Below, piece after piece: positions 28,601-37,659 of a DNA stretch of 64,000 nucleotides. Made by a program: the position numbers and the translations under genes. Within the stretch, counting starts at the first letter, position 1; every line of letters begins with the position of its first letter. The notes beneath the pieces are model-generated. The model was not told where the DNA came from. It did not search any database and worked only from the letters and a program-made list of their open reading frames with translations. The stretch is from an uncultured Acidobacteriota bacterium (GTDB lineage Bacteria > Acidobacteriota > Terriglobia > Terriglobales > Acidobacteriaceae), in the NCBI GenBank assembly GCA_963699695.1, contig CAVOUU010000004.1, positions 437,762 through 501,761 on the forward strand, read 5' to 3'.

Positions 28601-29209
28601 GATCGTACTCACCGATTGGTTATCAGCGGTACGTGGAACGTGCCCGGCCCCAAGCGCGCGACAGCCGCGACTCTTCGAAAACTCGGAAATGGCTGGAGCA
28701 TCTCAGGTGTGGCAACTCTGCAGTCCGGGCGCCCATTCAGCATCCTGGACAGCGCAGCCGGTACGCTGTTTGGTCCCGCAACCATATACACCACAGGAAG
28801 CCTGGCACCCGGTGCGACGCTTGCCGACGCTAGTCGGAGTGGAAGCGTCAGCAGCCGTGTGAGCGAATTCTTCAACAGGAGTGCATTCGTTCCTGCTCCG
28901 TTTGTGCCAGACGGCGGCCTAATTGATGGGAGATATCCCGTGTCCGGCGGTGGGACGATATTTGGCAGCCTTGGAAGGAATATCCTGAGGGGGCCAGATC
29001 AACAGGATTTCGATGTTGTTGCAATTAAGACCACTCCTCTCACGGAGCGCTTAAAGCTGATCTTTCGGTGGGAAGTTTTCAATGTGCTGAACAGGCCGAA
29101 TTTTGCAAATCCGTCTAATGATGTTTCGACACCCAGCACCTTCGGCATCATCAGCGCCTTAACAGTAAATCCCCGAATTATGCAATATGCACTGAAGCTG
29201 GAGTTCTAG
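25679..29209 (+). CDS. TonB-dependent outer-membrane receptor with a CarboxypepD_reg-like N-domain
   Basis: Tracked from 25616. ATG 25679 is preferred (GGGAGG upstream, signal peptide LLVLCALPIHGQT). N-domain GAIAGIVSDPSGALVARAAI, plug region, about 1,000-aa barrel, C-terminal YALKLEF. Confidence 0.88.
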   Translation: MAIDSSSFHASRTLLQVFLLVLCALPIHGQTANTGAIAGIVSDPSGALVARAAIVVKSQAAQEERDLATDAEGSFSVPFLTPDRYDLTILAPGFESLILKGVQVRITEVSRLKIQLTIGGEKKQISVSAKPPLLQTENATLGRVIDQETVVALPLVDRNFTEILGLTAGTNTDVVDATQLGAGSQEIRANGARSGDNNFMLNGVDANSYSSNITEVTPFGGAGIAIPAPDAIQEFKVQTSLYDAQYGRGAGANVDVETKSGTADIHGNVYYFGRNEALDANNFFANATGVPRGEFRRSQPGATLGGPLPWSKKRALFFVSYQATRDVNAASLSSSVRSLSLPPIPLVRTPASIGAVFGGQTGALGGVGVALDGSNISPVALNFLNAKNPDGTFVIPSPQTSGRAVNYTAVLPGHYNEDQFNTNFDFKLRMADSLAMKFFFSDSTQDVPFFGSSVPGFPVLRAFQNRNLAINETHIFSPRAINQFRFGFSRLAGQSSDGGTLTDEDVGMNRFSDPQEAIIPQIEILGAFELGNSAQDHGKTAGNNFYVSDVIFKSRGKHDFRVGAEIFRNQFNHVIDYTDGAITILSFPDFLLGLPAGPASAGGNGTSFSNVFFSSVAAGIPDAGQRASATDFFALDNWQVARTLSMNLGVRVEVDGQASEVNGRISNFFPRFYVPPPAGGFTAPVTSGFVLPDNFDGDTPTGFPRENSTLLNHPVQTHLEPRVALAWQPLSPRDLVLRGGYGIYANRTSFEGNGVLMALNPPFAVNAVLVGAANATASLMGPFPNLPPSSSFPNFVGNMLPSPPFTGNRFLRSPIITDPNFEESTVQQYDFDLQYQHRSYVFSVAYAGAKGCHLAVGRSNNQPLLSSPSAPVNGLTNNSTANAAERVPFVGLSPLLYRLESGGNSIYNSLQATLKKDMSHGFQFLAAYTFSKSIDDAGDSLGAAIAGTFGLPITGQVVYNDQNNVAAQRGISDFDRTHRLVISGTWNVPGPKRATAATLRKLGNGWSISGVATLQSGRPFSILDSAAGTLFGPATIYTTGSLAPGATLADASRSGSVSSRVSEFFNRSAFVPAPFVPDGGLIDGRYPVSGGGTIFGSLGRNILRGPDQQDFDVVAIKTTPLTERLKLIFRWEVFNVLNRPNFANPSNDVSTPSTFGIISALTVNPRIMQYALKLEF

Positions 29210-29233
29210 CGTACAGTGCCAAATTCCCCAGGG

Positions 29234-29262
29234 TTGACGTTCTTCTGGCTTCTCGTCACAAT
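29234..29262 (+). promoter_or_regulatory. Candidate sigma70-type promoter (TTGACG-17-CACAAT)
   Basis: Hexamer match only, 25 nt upstream of the GTG start at 29287. Confidence 0.25.
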
Positions 29263-29286
29263 GAGCATCCTGGGGGTCGTGCGGCC

Positions 29287-32200
29287 GTGGCGAAGGGGGT
29301 GTCCTCCATCTCGGGTCTTTCCGGGTACGTGCTGGTGCCCCTCCGAGAAGGCGCGGACTTCACGCTTTACCGGGGTCGACAGCACGGCAACCCATCGTCG
29401 ATCCTGGCGATCGCACTCACGGCCGAACATCCGTCAGCGCAGAGTTTTCGGCGGATCGAGCATGAACTCTCGCTCGCAGCCGAACTCGATCCCGCGTGGG
29501 CAGCCAAGCCTCTGGAACTCACTCGCCACGAAGGGCGGGCAATCCTTGTACTCAAAGATCCTGGAGGCGAGCCACTGGATCTGGTTCTTGAACGGGACCC
29601 GGGACGATTGCTCGATCTGACCCGCGTCTTGCGCATCTCTGTCGGCTTGGCGGTAGCACTCGGCCAAGTCCACCGTCGTGGTCTTATTCATAAGGACATT
29701 AAGCCGGCGAACCTGCTCGTCGACGGCGCCGGCAACGCGTGGCTCACCGGATTCGGAATTGCATCTCGACTGCCGCACGAGCGCCAGTCGCCGGTACCGA
29801 TCGAGATTATTGCTGGCACCCTCGCCTACATGGCGCCGGAACAGACCGGCCGCATGAATCGTTCGATTGATACCCGCAGCGATCTCTACTCGTTGGGCGT
29901 CACTTTGTACGAGCTGCTCACGGGTTCGCTGCCGTTTGCCGCTAACGATCCTCTCGAGTGGATCCACTGCCACATAGCGCGCCAGCCGGCACCGCTTGGC
30001 GATCGCGCCGCAGTCCCCGAGTCGCTGTCAGACATCGTCATGAAGCTCCTCGCCAAAAACGCCGAGGAACGCTATCAGACCGCCTCTGGCCTGGAAGCCG
30101 ACCTCCGGCGGTGCCTGAGCGAGTGGGAATCGCATGCTCGGATCGATCCATTCCCGCTAGCTGCGCGCGACTCATCCGACCAGTTGCTGATTCCCGAGAA
30201 GCTCTACGGGCGGGAGCGCGAGGTCGACGCTCTGCTTGCGGCGTTCGATCGGGTCGTGAACAAGGGTACCCCCGAGCTCGTACTCGTATCTGGTTATGCC
30301 GGCGTCGGAAAATCCTCCCTGGTGAACGAGCTGCACAAAGCGATTGTCTCCAAGCGCGGGCTTTTCGTCTCCGGCAAGTTCGATCAGTACAAGCGCGACG
30401 TCCCATACGCGACTCTTGCACAGGCTTGCCAGAGCTTAGTCCGTCAGATTCTCATTAGAAGTGAAGCGGAGGTCGGCCATTGGCGAAAGGCTCTTCAGGA
30501 CGCTCTGGGGCCGAATGGCCAGCTCATCGTCAACCTCATCCCGGAGGTGGAATTCATTATCGAGAAACAGCAGGCGGTTCCAGACCTGCCGCTGCAAGAT
30601 GCGCAGAACCGCTTTCGGTTGGTGTTTCGGCGGTTCCTCGGGGCGTTCGCGCGGAAGGAGCACCCGCTGGCGCTGTTCCTCGACGATCTGCAATGGATGG
30701 ACGCGGCCAGCCTTGAGCTTCTTGAGTACCTGGTCACGCACTCTGAACTGCAGTATCTGCTGCTGGTGGGCGCCTTTCGGGACAACGAAGCGGGTGCTGC
30801 GCATTCGCTCAAACGGACGCTCGAGTCGATCCGCAAAGCTGGAGCGCGGGTCGAGGAGATCGTGCTTCCGCCTCTCGGACTCGACGACGTTGGCGCGCTC
30901 GTCTCAGACGCGCTGCACTGCACGCCGCAACACGCGTACTCCTTGGTGCAACTGGTGCATGAAAAGACTGCCGGCAATCCATTCTTCGCGATCCACTTTC
31001 TCAGGGCGTTGACCGAGCAAGGGCTGCTCCAGCGCGACCCCGATGCGGGAGCCTGGGTGTGGGACTTGAGTCGGATTCGAGCCCACGGCTACACCGAGAA
31101 CGTCGTGGATCTCATGGTCGAGAAGCTAAAGCGATTGCCAGGCAGCGCGCAGAGGGCCCTACAACAATTCGCTTGTCTTGGAAACGTGTCCGAGATTGCC
31201 AGTCTGAGTCTGGTTTTTGGGAAATCAGAAGAGGCGATCCACGCGTCGTTCTTGGAGGCTGTACGCGCCGGGCTCGTTCTTCCTCTTGATCGCTCCTACG
31301 CTTTTCTCCACGACCGCATTCAGGAGGCGGCGTACGCTCTTATACCAGAAGATAATCGCGCGGGGGAACACCTTCGAATTGGCCGTGTGCTGCTGGCAGG
31401 CATGACCGCGGACCAGTTAGATGAAAATCTGTTCGACGCCGCGAGCCAGCTCAATCGGGGCTCCGCGCTACTCGCCGATCGGAATGAGAAGGCGGACATT
31501 GCGACGATTAACCTGCGTGCTGGCAGAAAGGCGAAGGCGTCAGCTGCTTATGCGTCGGCGCGTGCGTATTTTGCGTCAGGCATAGCTCTGTTAGATGAGC
31601 GGGACTGGACCGAGCAGCACGAGTTGAAATTCAGCCTATCCCTCGAATGTGCGGAGTGTGAGCTTCTCAGCGGTAGCCTGGAAAAGGGTGAGCAAATGAT
31701 TGTGGAGCTGCTGCAACGCGCGGCTTCAGAGATCGAGTTCGCCGATGCCTCCCGCCTCAAGATCAATCTGCATGTATTGACCGGCCAACACTCGCTAGCC
31801 ATCGAGAGCGCGCTCGGATGCCTGCGCCGGTTGGGTATTGACCTGCCGCCGCACCCTGCCTTCGAGCAGGTCCAGGCGGAATACGAGACGGTCTGGCAGG
31901 CCCTTAAGGGGCGTCCGATTGAGAGCCTGATCGACCTGCCGCTGATGACCGATCCAAAACTACACGCAGCCATGCAGGTGCTCTCAGCCCTTGCCGGCCC
32001 TGCCACATTTACCGACTTTCAGTTGTTCTGCCTGCTGGCGTGCCGCATGGTGAGCATCAGCATACAGCACGGGATGAGCGGCGCTTCCGCCTATGCCTAT
32101 GCTTGCCTCGGGTCTGTGCTGGGGCCGAACTTTCACCGTTACCGCGAAGGCTACCGACTGGCCAGGCTTGCCTGCGACCTGGTCGAGAAGCACGCCTACA

Positions 32201-34812
32201 CCGTGTACGACACGAAGGTCTACCATGCCATGGGACTGGCCGCCTTCTGGACGGAGCCGCTCACCAGCGTGATCGAACTCCGTCGAGCGGCCACTCGCAC
32301 CGCCGCTGAGAGAGGCGATCTGACTTTCGCTTGCTACGGCATGCACCAATCCATCACATATTTGCTGATGCGGAACGATCCGCTCGATGCGGTGTGGTTC
32401 GAGTCGGAGATGGCATTGGATTTCGCACGGGCAGCCAAGTTCCGCGATGTCGTGGATCTCCTCCTGAGCCAGCAACGCTTCATTGCGAGCATGCAGGGTC
32501 GTGATGCAACCTCCTCTACCATTAGCGATAAGCAATTAGACGAGGAGGCGTTCGAAGCACAAGTGACGGCCGCGCGGACACCGACCGTGATTTGCTTGTA
32601 CTGGATTCGCAAACTCAAGGCGCGGTACCTCTCAGGCGACTACGTGGAGGCCCAGGCGGCAGCCGACAAGGCGAAGGCGTTGCTTCGGATCTCAACCGTA
32701 CAGTTGCAGCTCTTCGACTACTTTTACTACGCTGCGCTGACGGTGGCGGCGCTCTATGAGGAAGCGTCTGCCGACGAGCAGAGAAACTGGCGCGGAATAC
32801 TCACGGCGCATCAAGAACAACTCCGCGAGTGGGCCGAAAACTATGCGCCCACGTTCTTCGATAAGCACGCTCTGGTGTCAGCGGAGCTCGCGCGCATCGA
32901 AGGGCGGGATGCCGATGCCATGCGTCTGTACGAGGACGCCATTCGATCCGCTCGCGAAAACGGCTTCGTTCAGAATGAGGGCGTCGCCTATGAGGTGGCG
33001 GCACGATTCTACGCAGCGCGCGGCGTCGAGAGCATTGCCCATAAATATCGGCGAGAAGCGCGGGAATGCTACAACCAGTGGGGCGCATTCGGTAAAGTCA
33101 AGCAACTCGAGGAGCGCGACCCGCGCATACGCGAAGCACGCCTTCCCACGTCGCCTGCCTCCACAATCGGCACGCCGGTCCGGGAGTTGGATGCCGAGAC
33201 GGTAGTCAAGGCCTCACAGGCGCTTTCGAGCGAGATTGTCTTGCCTAAGCTGATCGAGACGCTTATGAGAATCGCGGTTGAGCATGCAGGAGCCGAGCGG
33301 GGGCTACTCATCCTTCTGCACGGGGATGAGCCGCGGATCGAGGCGGAGGCCGCCATCGGGTATGGCAAGGTCGAAGTCGCCGCTCGACTGACAGTCATTA
33401 CGCCACTTGATCTCCCCCAATCCGTGCTCCACTACGTCATTCGAACAAGGGAGCGTGTGGTCCTCGACGACGCCTCTGCCGGAAGCTTGTATTCAGAGGA
33501 TGAGTATGTGCGGACTAAGCACTCCAGATCCGTCCTGTGCCTGCCAATCGTCAATCAAGCAAAGATTGCCGGCGTACTGTATCTGGAGAATAATCTGACT
33601 CCGCGCGCTTTCACGTCAGAACGAGTCGCAGTGCTGGAGATGCTGGCTGCGCAAGCCGCAATTTCGCTGGAGAACGCAAAGCTCTATGCTGACCTTCACC
33701 GCAGCGAGGCTTTCCTGGCTCAAGGACAGAACATAAGCCACACGGGCAGCTTCGGCTGGTGCATTTCGAATGGAGAAATCCACTGGTCGGAGGAGACCTA
33801 CACGATCTTTGGGTATGACCGAACGCTGAAACCCACATTGGAATTAATATTCCAGCGAATTCATCCCGACGACAGAGATCCCGTGCAGCACACCATTGGC
33901 CGCGCGATCGAGGCATCGGCGAATCTTGATTTTGAGCATCGTTTGCTGATGCCGGACGGTTCGATCAAGTACCTCCATGTTTTAGCTCGCGCAGGGGAGA
34001 CTTCCTCGGGCTCTCTCGAATATGTGGGTACCGTGATGGATGTCACCGAACGCAAGCGGGCGGAGAAAGAGCGCGAGCGACTGCTCCAGGTACAAGCCGA
34101 TCTTGCGCACTTAAGTCGCGTGTCTACGATGGGCGAGTTGACGGCCTCTCTAGCACACGAAATCAAACAGCCCATTTCCGCAGCAGCAATGAACGCTAAG
34201 ACCTGCTTGCGATGGCTTGGCCGTGAGGAACCCGACCTGCCAGAGGCGTGCGAAGCGGCGTCAAGAATCGTCAAAGACGTAAGGCGCGCGGCCGACATCA
34301 TTGACAGAATCAGCTCGCTGGTCAAGAAGGTGACTTTGCAGAGGGAATTGGTTGATGTAAATGAACTGGTTCGAGAAATGATTTCGCTGCTGAGCAGCGA
34401 AACGAATCTTTACTCCATCTCAATCAGTACCGAGCTTGCTGAGAACCTTCCCCAGGTGACGGCGGACCGTGTACAACTGCAACAGGTTTTCATGAACCTG
34501 ATGCTTAACGCGATCGATGCCATGAAGGAAATGAGTGGCGGAAGTGAACTCACTATCAAGTCGGAAGTCGAAGATGGTCAACTGCTGATCTCGGTCAGCG
34601 ATACCGGTGTGGGACTGCCCGAGGAGCATGGAGAAAAGATTTTCAAGGCATTCTATACCACCAAGCCTCACGGCACCGGAATGGGACTTCGCATCAGTCA
34701 GTCAATCATCGAGTCACATGGCGGCCGGCTGTGGGCGGCCAGCAACTCTCCGCGCGGCGCCAGTTTCTATTTCACCCTGCCCTTTGCCGGCGCGGCGCAG
34801 CAGATCGCGTAG
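29287..34812 (+). CDS. 1,841-aa fusion: Hanks-kinase-like domain + AAA_16/STAND NTPase + helical repeats + GAF + PAS + HisKA/HATPase histidine kinase
   Basis: Kinase-like N-terminus (HKDIKPANLL, GTLAYMAPEQ). Walker A GYAGVGKSS and Walker B LALFLDDLQWMD. GAF region (LLILLHGDEP, LCLPIVNQAKIAGVLYLEN). PAS region (GSFGWCISNGEIHWSEETYTIFGY). H-box HEIKQPISA, N-box MNLMLNAIDAM, G1 DTGVGL and G2 GTGMGLRISQSIIESHGG. Confidence 0.9.
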   Translation: MAKGVSSISGLSGYVLVPLREGADFTLYRGRQHGNPSSILAIALTAEHPSAQSFRRIEHELSLAAELDPAWAAKPLELTRHEGRAILVLKDPGGEPLDLVLERDPGRLLDLTRVLRISVGLAVALGQVHRRGLIHKDIKPANLLVDGAGNAWLTGFGIASRLPHERQSPVPIEIIAGTLAYMAPEQTGRMNRSIDTRSDLYSLGVTLYELLTGSLPFAANDPLEWIHCHIARQPAPLGDRAAVPESLSDIVMKLLAKNAEERYQTASGLEADLRRCLSEWESHARIDPFPLAARDSSDQLLIPEKLYGREREVDALLAAFDRVVNKGTPELVLVSGYAGVGKSSLVNELHKAIVSKRGLFVSGKFDQYKRDVPYATLAQACQSLVRQILIRSEAEVGHWRKALQDALGPNGQLIVNLIPEVEFIIEKQQAVPDLPLQDAQNRFRLVFRRFLGAFARKEHPLALFLDDLQWMDAASLELLEYLVTHSELQYLLLVGAFRDNEAGAAHSLKRTLESIRKAGARVEEIVLPPLGLDDVGALVSDALHCTPQHAYSLVQLVHEKTAGNPFFAIHFLRALTEQGLLQRDPDAGAWVWDLSRIRAHGYTENVVDLMVEKLKRLPGSAQRALQQFACLGNVSEIASLSLVFGKSEEAIHASFLEAVRAGLVLPLDRSYAFLHDRIQEAAYALIPEDNRAGEHLRIGRVLLAGMTADQLDENLFDAASQLNRGSALLADRNEKADIATINLRAGRKAKASAAYASARAYFASGIALLDERDWTEQHELKFSLSLECAECELLSGSLEKGEQMIVELLQRAASEIEFADASRLKINLHVLTGQHSLAIESALGCLRRLGIDLPPHPAFEQVQAEYETVWQALKGRPIESLIDLPLMTDPKLHAAMQVLSALAGPATFTDFQLFCLLACRMVSISIQHGMSGASAYAYACLGSVLGPNFHRYREGYRLARLACDLVEKHAYTVYDTKVYHAMGLAAFWTEPLTSVIELRRAATRTAAERGDLTFACYGMHQSITYLLMRNDPLDAVWFESEMALDFARAAKFRDVVDLLLSQQRFIASMQGRDATSSTISDKQLDEEAFEAQVTAARTPTVICLYWIRKLKARYLSGDYVEAQAAADKAKALLRISTVQLQLFDYFYYAALTVAALYEEASADEQRNWRGILTAHQEQLREWAENYAPTFFDKHALVSAELARIEGRDADAMRLYEDAIRSARENGFVQNEGVAYEVAARFYAARGVESIAHKYRREARECYNQWGAFGKVKQLEERDPRIREARLPTSPASTIGTPVRELDAETVVKASQALSSEIVLPKLIETLMRIAVEHAGAERGLLILLHGDEPRIEAEAAIGYGKVEVAARLTVITPLDLPQSVLHYVIRTRERVVLDDASAGSLYSEDEYVRTKHSRSVLCLPIVNQAKIAGVLYLENNLTPRAFTSERVAVLEMLAAQAAISLENAKLYADLHRSEAFLAQGQNISHTGSFGWCISNGEIHWSEETYTIFGYDRTLKPTLELIFQRIHPDDRDPVQHTIGRAIEASANLDFEHRLLMPDGSIKYLHVLARAGETSSGSLEYVGTVMDVTERKRAEKERERLLQVQADLAHLSRVSTMGELTASLAHEIKQPISAAAMNAKTCLRWLGREEPDLPEACEAASRIVKDVRRAADIIDRISSLVKKVTLQRELVDVNELVREMISLLSSETNLYSISISTELAENLPQVTADRVQLQQVFMNLMLNAIDAMKEMSGGSELTIKSEVEDGQLLISVSDTGVGLPEEHGEKIFKAFYTTKPHGTGMGLRISQSIIESHGGRLWAASNSPRGASFYFTLPFAGAAQQIA

Positions 34813-35060
34813 CGCTGATTGACCAACAGAATCAACTGGTCAAGGCGTCGGCGGATTGGTTTTGGCTGTGGATTCGATCTGTCAACCGTGTGTTTGCTCT
34901 GACACCTACGTCAGACGCCCGAATCGATATCTTGCTCAACGATGCCGCGACTGCGGACGCGGCTAACGTTACGAGTGGTGCCAAGTGAGTCATGCGCTTT
35001 CGATGGGGTGCTAAACTTACGGTCGATTTGCATCGCCTTTCAGAGAGAGAAGCGTGAGCG

Positions 35061-37478
35061 ATGACATCCAACTCAACTCCGCACAGCGTGGGCGCGAGCG
35101 ACAGTTCGGACCCTAAGGCCGCCTTCGACGCAAGCGCTACTCCCAGGGAATCTATTGCGCCCAATCTAGGTTCGATTGGGCCCTATCGCCTGATCAGGAA
35201 ATTGGGAGAGGGCGGGATGGGAGAGGTGTGGCTGGCGGAACAGTCTGCTCCCGTCAAACGGCAGGTTGGGCTGAAGATCATCAAAGCAGCCCGCTCCGAC
35301 AAGTCCGCATTGATACGCTTTGATCTGGAGCGGCAGGCGCTGGCCTTGATGGATCACCCTGCCATCGCCAAGGTTTTCGACGCCGGTTCCACGGCCGACG
35401 GCCAGCCGTACTTTGCCATGGAGTACGTGCAGGGCCTGCCCATCACCGAATACTGCGACGAGAAGCGTCTTTCTCCTAGCGAGCGCCTGCTTATTTTCAC
35501 AAAAGTATGTGAAGGCGTGCAGCACGCGCATCAGAAAGCAATTATTCATCGCGACCTGAAACCCACGAACATTCTGGTGGTTGAAGTGGATGGCAAGCCC
35601 GTGCCGCGCATTATCGACTTCGGACTGGCCAAAGCGATCTCCGAGCAAACGCAACGCGGGACGCTGGTGACGCGCGCCGGGGGGTTGGTGGGCACGCCCG
35701 GGTATATGAGCCCGGAGCAGATGGATCCCATTGCGGCCGATGTAGATACCCGAAGCGACGTCTATTCGCTCGGCGTCGTGCTCTACGAACTGCTTACGGG
35801 AGTGTTGGCCCTGGATGCCCAGCAGTGGGAGAGCAAACCTTTTCATGAAGTTCTGCGGCGGGTGCACGAAGAGGAGCCGACGAGTCCGAGCACAAGACTC
35901 ATCACAGACCCGGCCGCGGCGGCCATTGCGGAAAAAAGGAGCACGGACCCTCGGCAACTGGCAAACATGCTGCGCGGCGATCTGGACTGGATCACCTTGA
36001 AAGCTCTGGAGAGAGACCGCGCCCGCAGGTATGGCACGCCTGCGGAACTGGCGGACGATCTCGGACGCTATCTGCGCAACGAACCTGTGATTGCGCGGCC
36101 TGCAAGCCTGGTTTACCGGACCAAGAAATACGTTCAACGCCACAAGTTCGGAGTGGCGGCGGCCACCGCTGTGGCAATGCTGCTGATCGCGTTCGGAGTG
36201 ATGCAGGCGATCGAGTTGCGGAGGATTACGCGGGAGCGTGACCGCGCCGACCGCGTTACAAAGTTTATGACCGGCATGTTCAAAGTATCGAACCCCAGCG
36301 AGGCGCGCGGCAACGCAATCACAGCGCGCGAGATTCTTGAGAAGTCCTCGAAAGATATCGACACTGGTTTGCGCAAGGACCCGGAGCTGCAGGCCCAATT
36401 GATGGGAACCATGGCGCAGACGTATGCCGGACTGGGCTTGTATGGCCGCTCGCAAGATTTGGTAGAACGCGCGCGCGCAATTCAAAGCTCAATGTTCGGA
36501 GAACGAAGCAGGGAAACACTGGCAAGCGAAAGTTATCTGGCCCAGCTCCTCCGCGCCCAAGGGCATTTGCCAGAGGCGGAAAAGTTGTTGCAAAGCACGC
36601 TCGAGGCCCAGCGCCAGGTTCTCGGTCCTAATGATCCAGACACTCTGGCGTCTATGGATCGCCTCGGCTATGTTTATGCTAATGAAGCGCGTCACACCGA
36701 CGCTGAAAGCATGTTTCGCCAAACACTGAACGCGGAGCGCAAAGTACTTGGCCCGGACGATCCTCAAACCCTGAGCACTTTGAACGAGCTGGCAGAAATT
36801 CTGACCCCGCAGGGGCGGTATGCGGAAGCAGATCAGATTTATGGCGAACTGGTCGCGGCACAGGAGCGAACTCTCGGGCCGGACCATCCCGCGACCCTGC
36901 TTTCGATGTCACACGCGGCTGAAAATCTTGAGGAGGAGGGCCGCTTCCCAGACGCTGAAAAGCTATATTCCAACGTGATTGCCGCTCAGCGTCGCGTACT
37001 TGGGCCGGAACATCCCCAAACCCTTAGGGCGATGACGATGCTTGCTCTCACCATGGCGAAGGAAGGCCGTTATTCCGAAGCGGACAAACTCCAGAGTCAA
37101 GTGATCGAGATCAAGACCCGCGTGCTGGGGCCAACCCACACTTCCACATTGCAGAGCATGGAAATGGAAGCGCTGGGCCTCAGCCGCGAGGGCCGTTATG
37201 CCGACGCGGAGAAAATGTTTCGCGATGTAATCGAGACAGCAGGAAAGACGAATCAGCCGGCAACAGTGGCCGAAGCTTGGTACAACTTTGCCTGCGCTGA
37301 GGCGGCGAGAGGTCGGCCGGACGAAGCCTTCGCGGACCTGAACCACGCCATCGAGAACGGTCTCATCTCGCCGGGAGAACTTTCAGCGGATCCTGAATTG
37401 AAATCTCTCCACGGCGATCTGCGATTCGACGCCTTGGTCGCCAAGGCACGCGAAACGATCAGCGCGAGAAAAAAGTAG
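35061..37478 (+). CDS. Membrane Ser/Thr protein kinase (canonical Hanks type) with C-terminal TPR repeats
   Basis: 805 aa. GEGGMGEV, VGLKIIK, HRDLKPTNIL, DFGLAK and GTPGYMSPEQ. One TM helix (VAAATAVAMLLIAFGVMQAI), then about 8 TPR_10/12-like repeats (LGPNDPDTLASM, LGPDHPATLLSM, LGPEHPQTLRAM). Confidence 0.92.
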   Translation: MTSNSTPHSVGASDSSDPKAAFDASATPRESIAPNLGSIGPYRLIRKLGEGGMGEVWLAEQSAPVKRQVGLKIIKAARSDKSALIRFDLERQALALMDHPAIAKVFDAGSTADGQPYFAMEYVQGLPITEYCDEKRLSPSERLLIFTKVCEGVQHAHQKAIIHRDLKPTNILVVEVDGKPVPRIIDFGLAKAISEQTQRGTLVTRAGGLVGTPGYMSPEQMDPIAADVDTRSDVYSLGVVLYELLTGVLALDAQQWESKPFHEVLRRVHEEEPTSPSTRLITDPAAAAIAEKRSTDPRQLANMLRGDLDWITLKALERDRARRYGTPAELADDLGRYLRNEPVIARPASLVYRTKKYVQRHKFGVAAATAVAMLLIAFGVMQAIELRRITRERDRADRVTKFMTGMFKVSNPSEARGNAITAREILEKSSKDIDTGLRKDPELQAQLMGTMAQTYAGLGLYGRSQDLVERARAIQSSMFGERSRETLASESYLAQLLRAQGHLPEAEKLLQSTLEAQRQVLGPNDPDTLASMDRLGYVYANEARHTDAESMFRQTLNAERKVLGPDDPQTLSTLNELAEILTPQGRYAEADQIYGELVAAQERTLGPDHPATLLSMSHAAENLEEEGRFPDAEKLYSNVIAAQRRVLGPEHPQTLRAMTMLALTMAKEGRYSEADKLQSQVIEIKTRVLGPTHTSTLQSMEMEALGLSREGRYADAEKMFRDVIETAGKTNQPATVAEAWYNFACAEAARGRPDEAFADLNHAIENGLISPGELSADPELKSLHGDLRFDALVAKARETISARKK

Positions 37479-37659
37479 GGAGCAAGAGACGCTCCGTTTC
37501 ATAGTCCCGACTGACCAGGGCGCTGGTTTCGCTTCCGGGGAATACCATGAGGCGCTTCCAGATCGCATTCAGTAGGGCCGGGTCAGGCTGGTAGAGTTCG
37601 GAGCCGCGGCGGTTCGATTCGGAGATGTCCATCGTCTTCAACTAAGCGAATCAGTTGGC

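Noticed and set aside
35166-36485. 439-aa ORF antisense to the STK-TPR gene. Similar long shadow ORFs occur at 976..1827, 7028..8110, 14879..15916, 17625..18458, 21253..21930, 41435..42334, 50676..51347, 54220..54870 and 60200..60772.
   Set aside because: They are Arg/Gly/Pro-rich and have no recognisable motifs. Each lies wholly inside a well-supported gene on the other strand, which is the usual open-frame artefact of GC-rich DNA.
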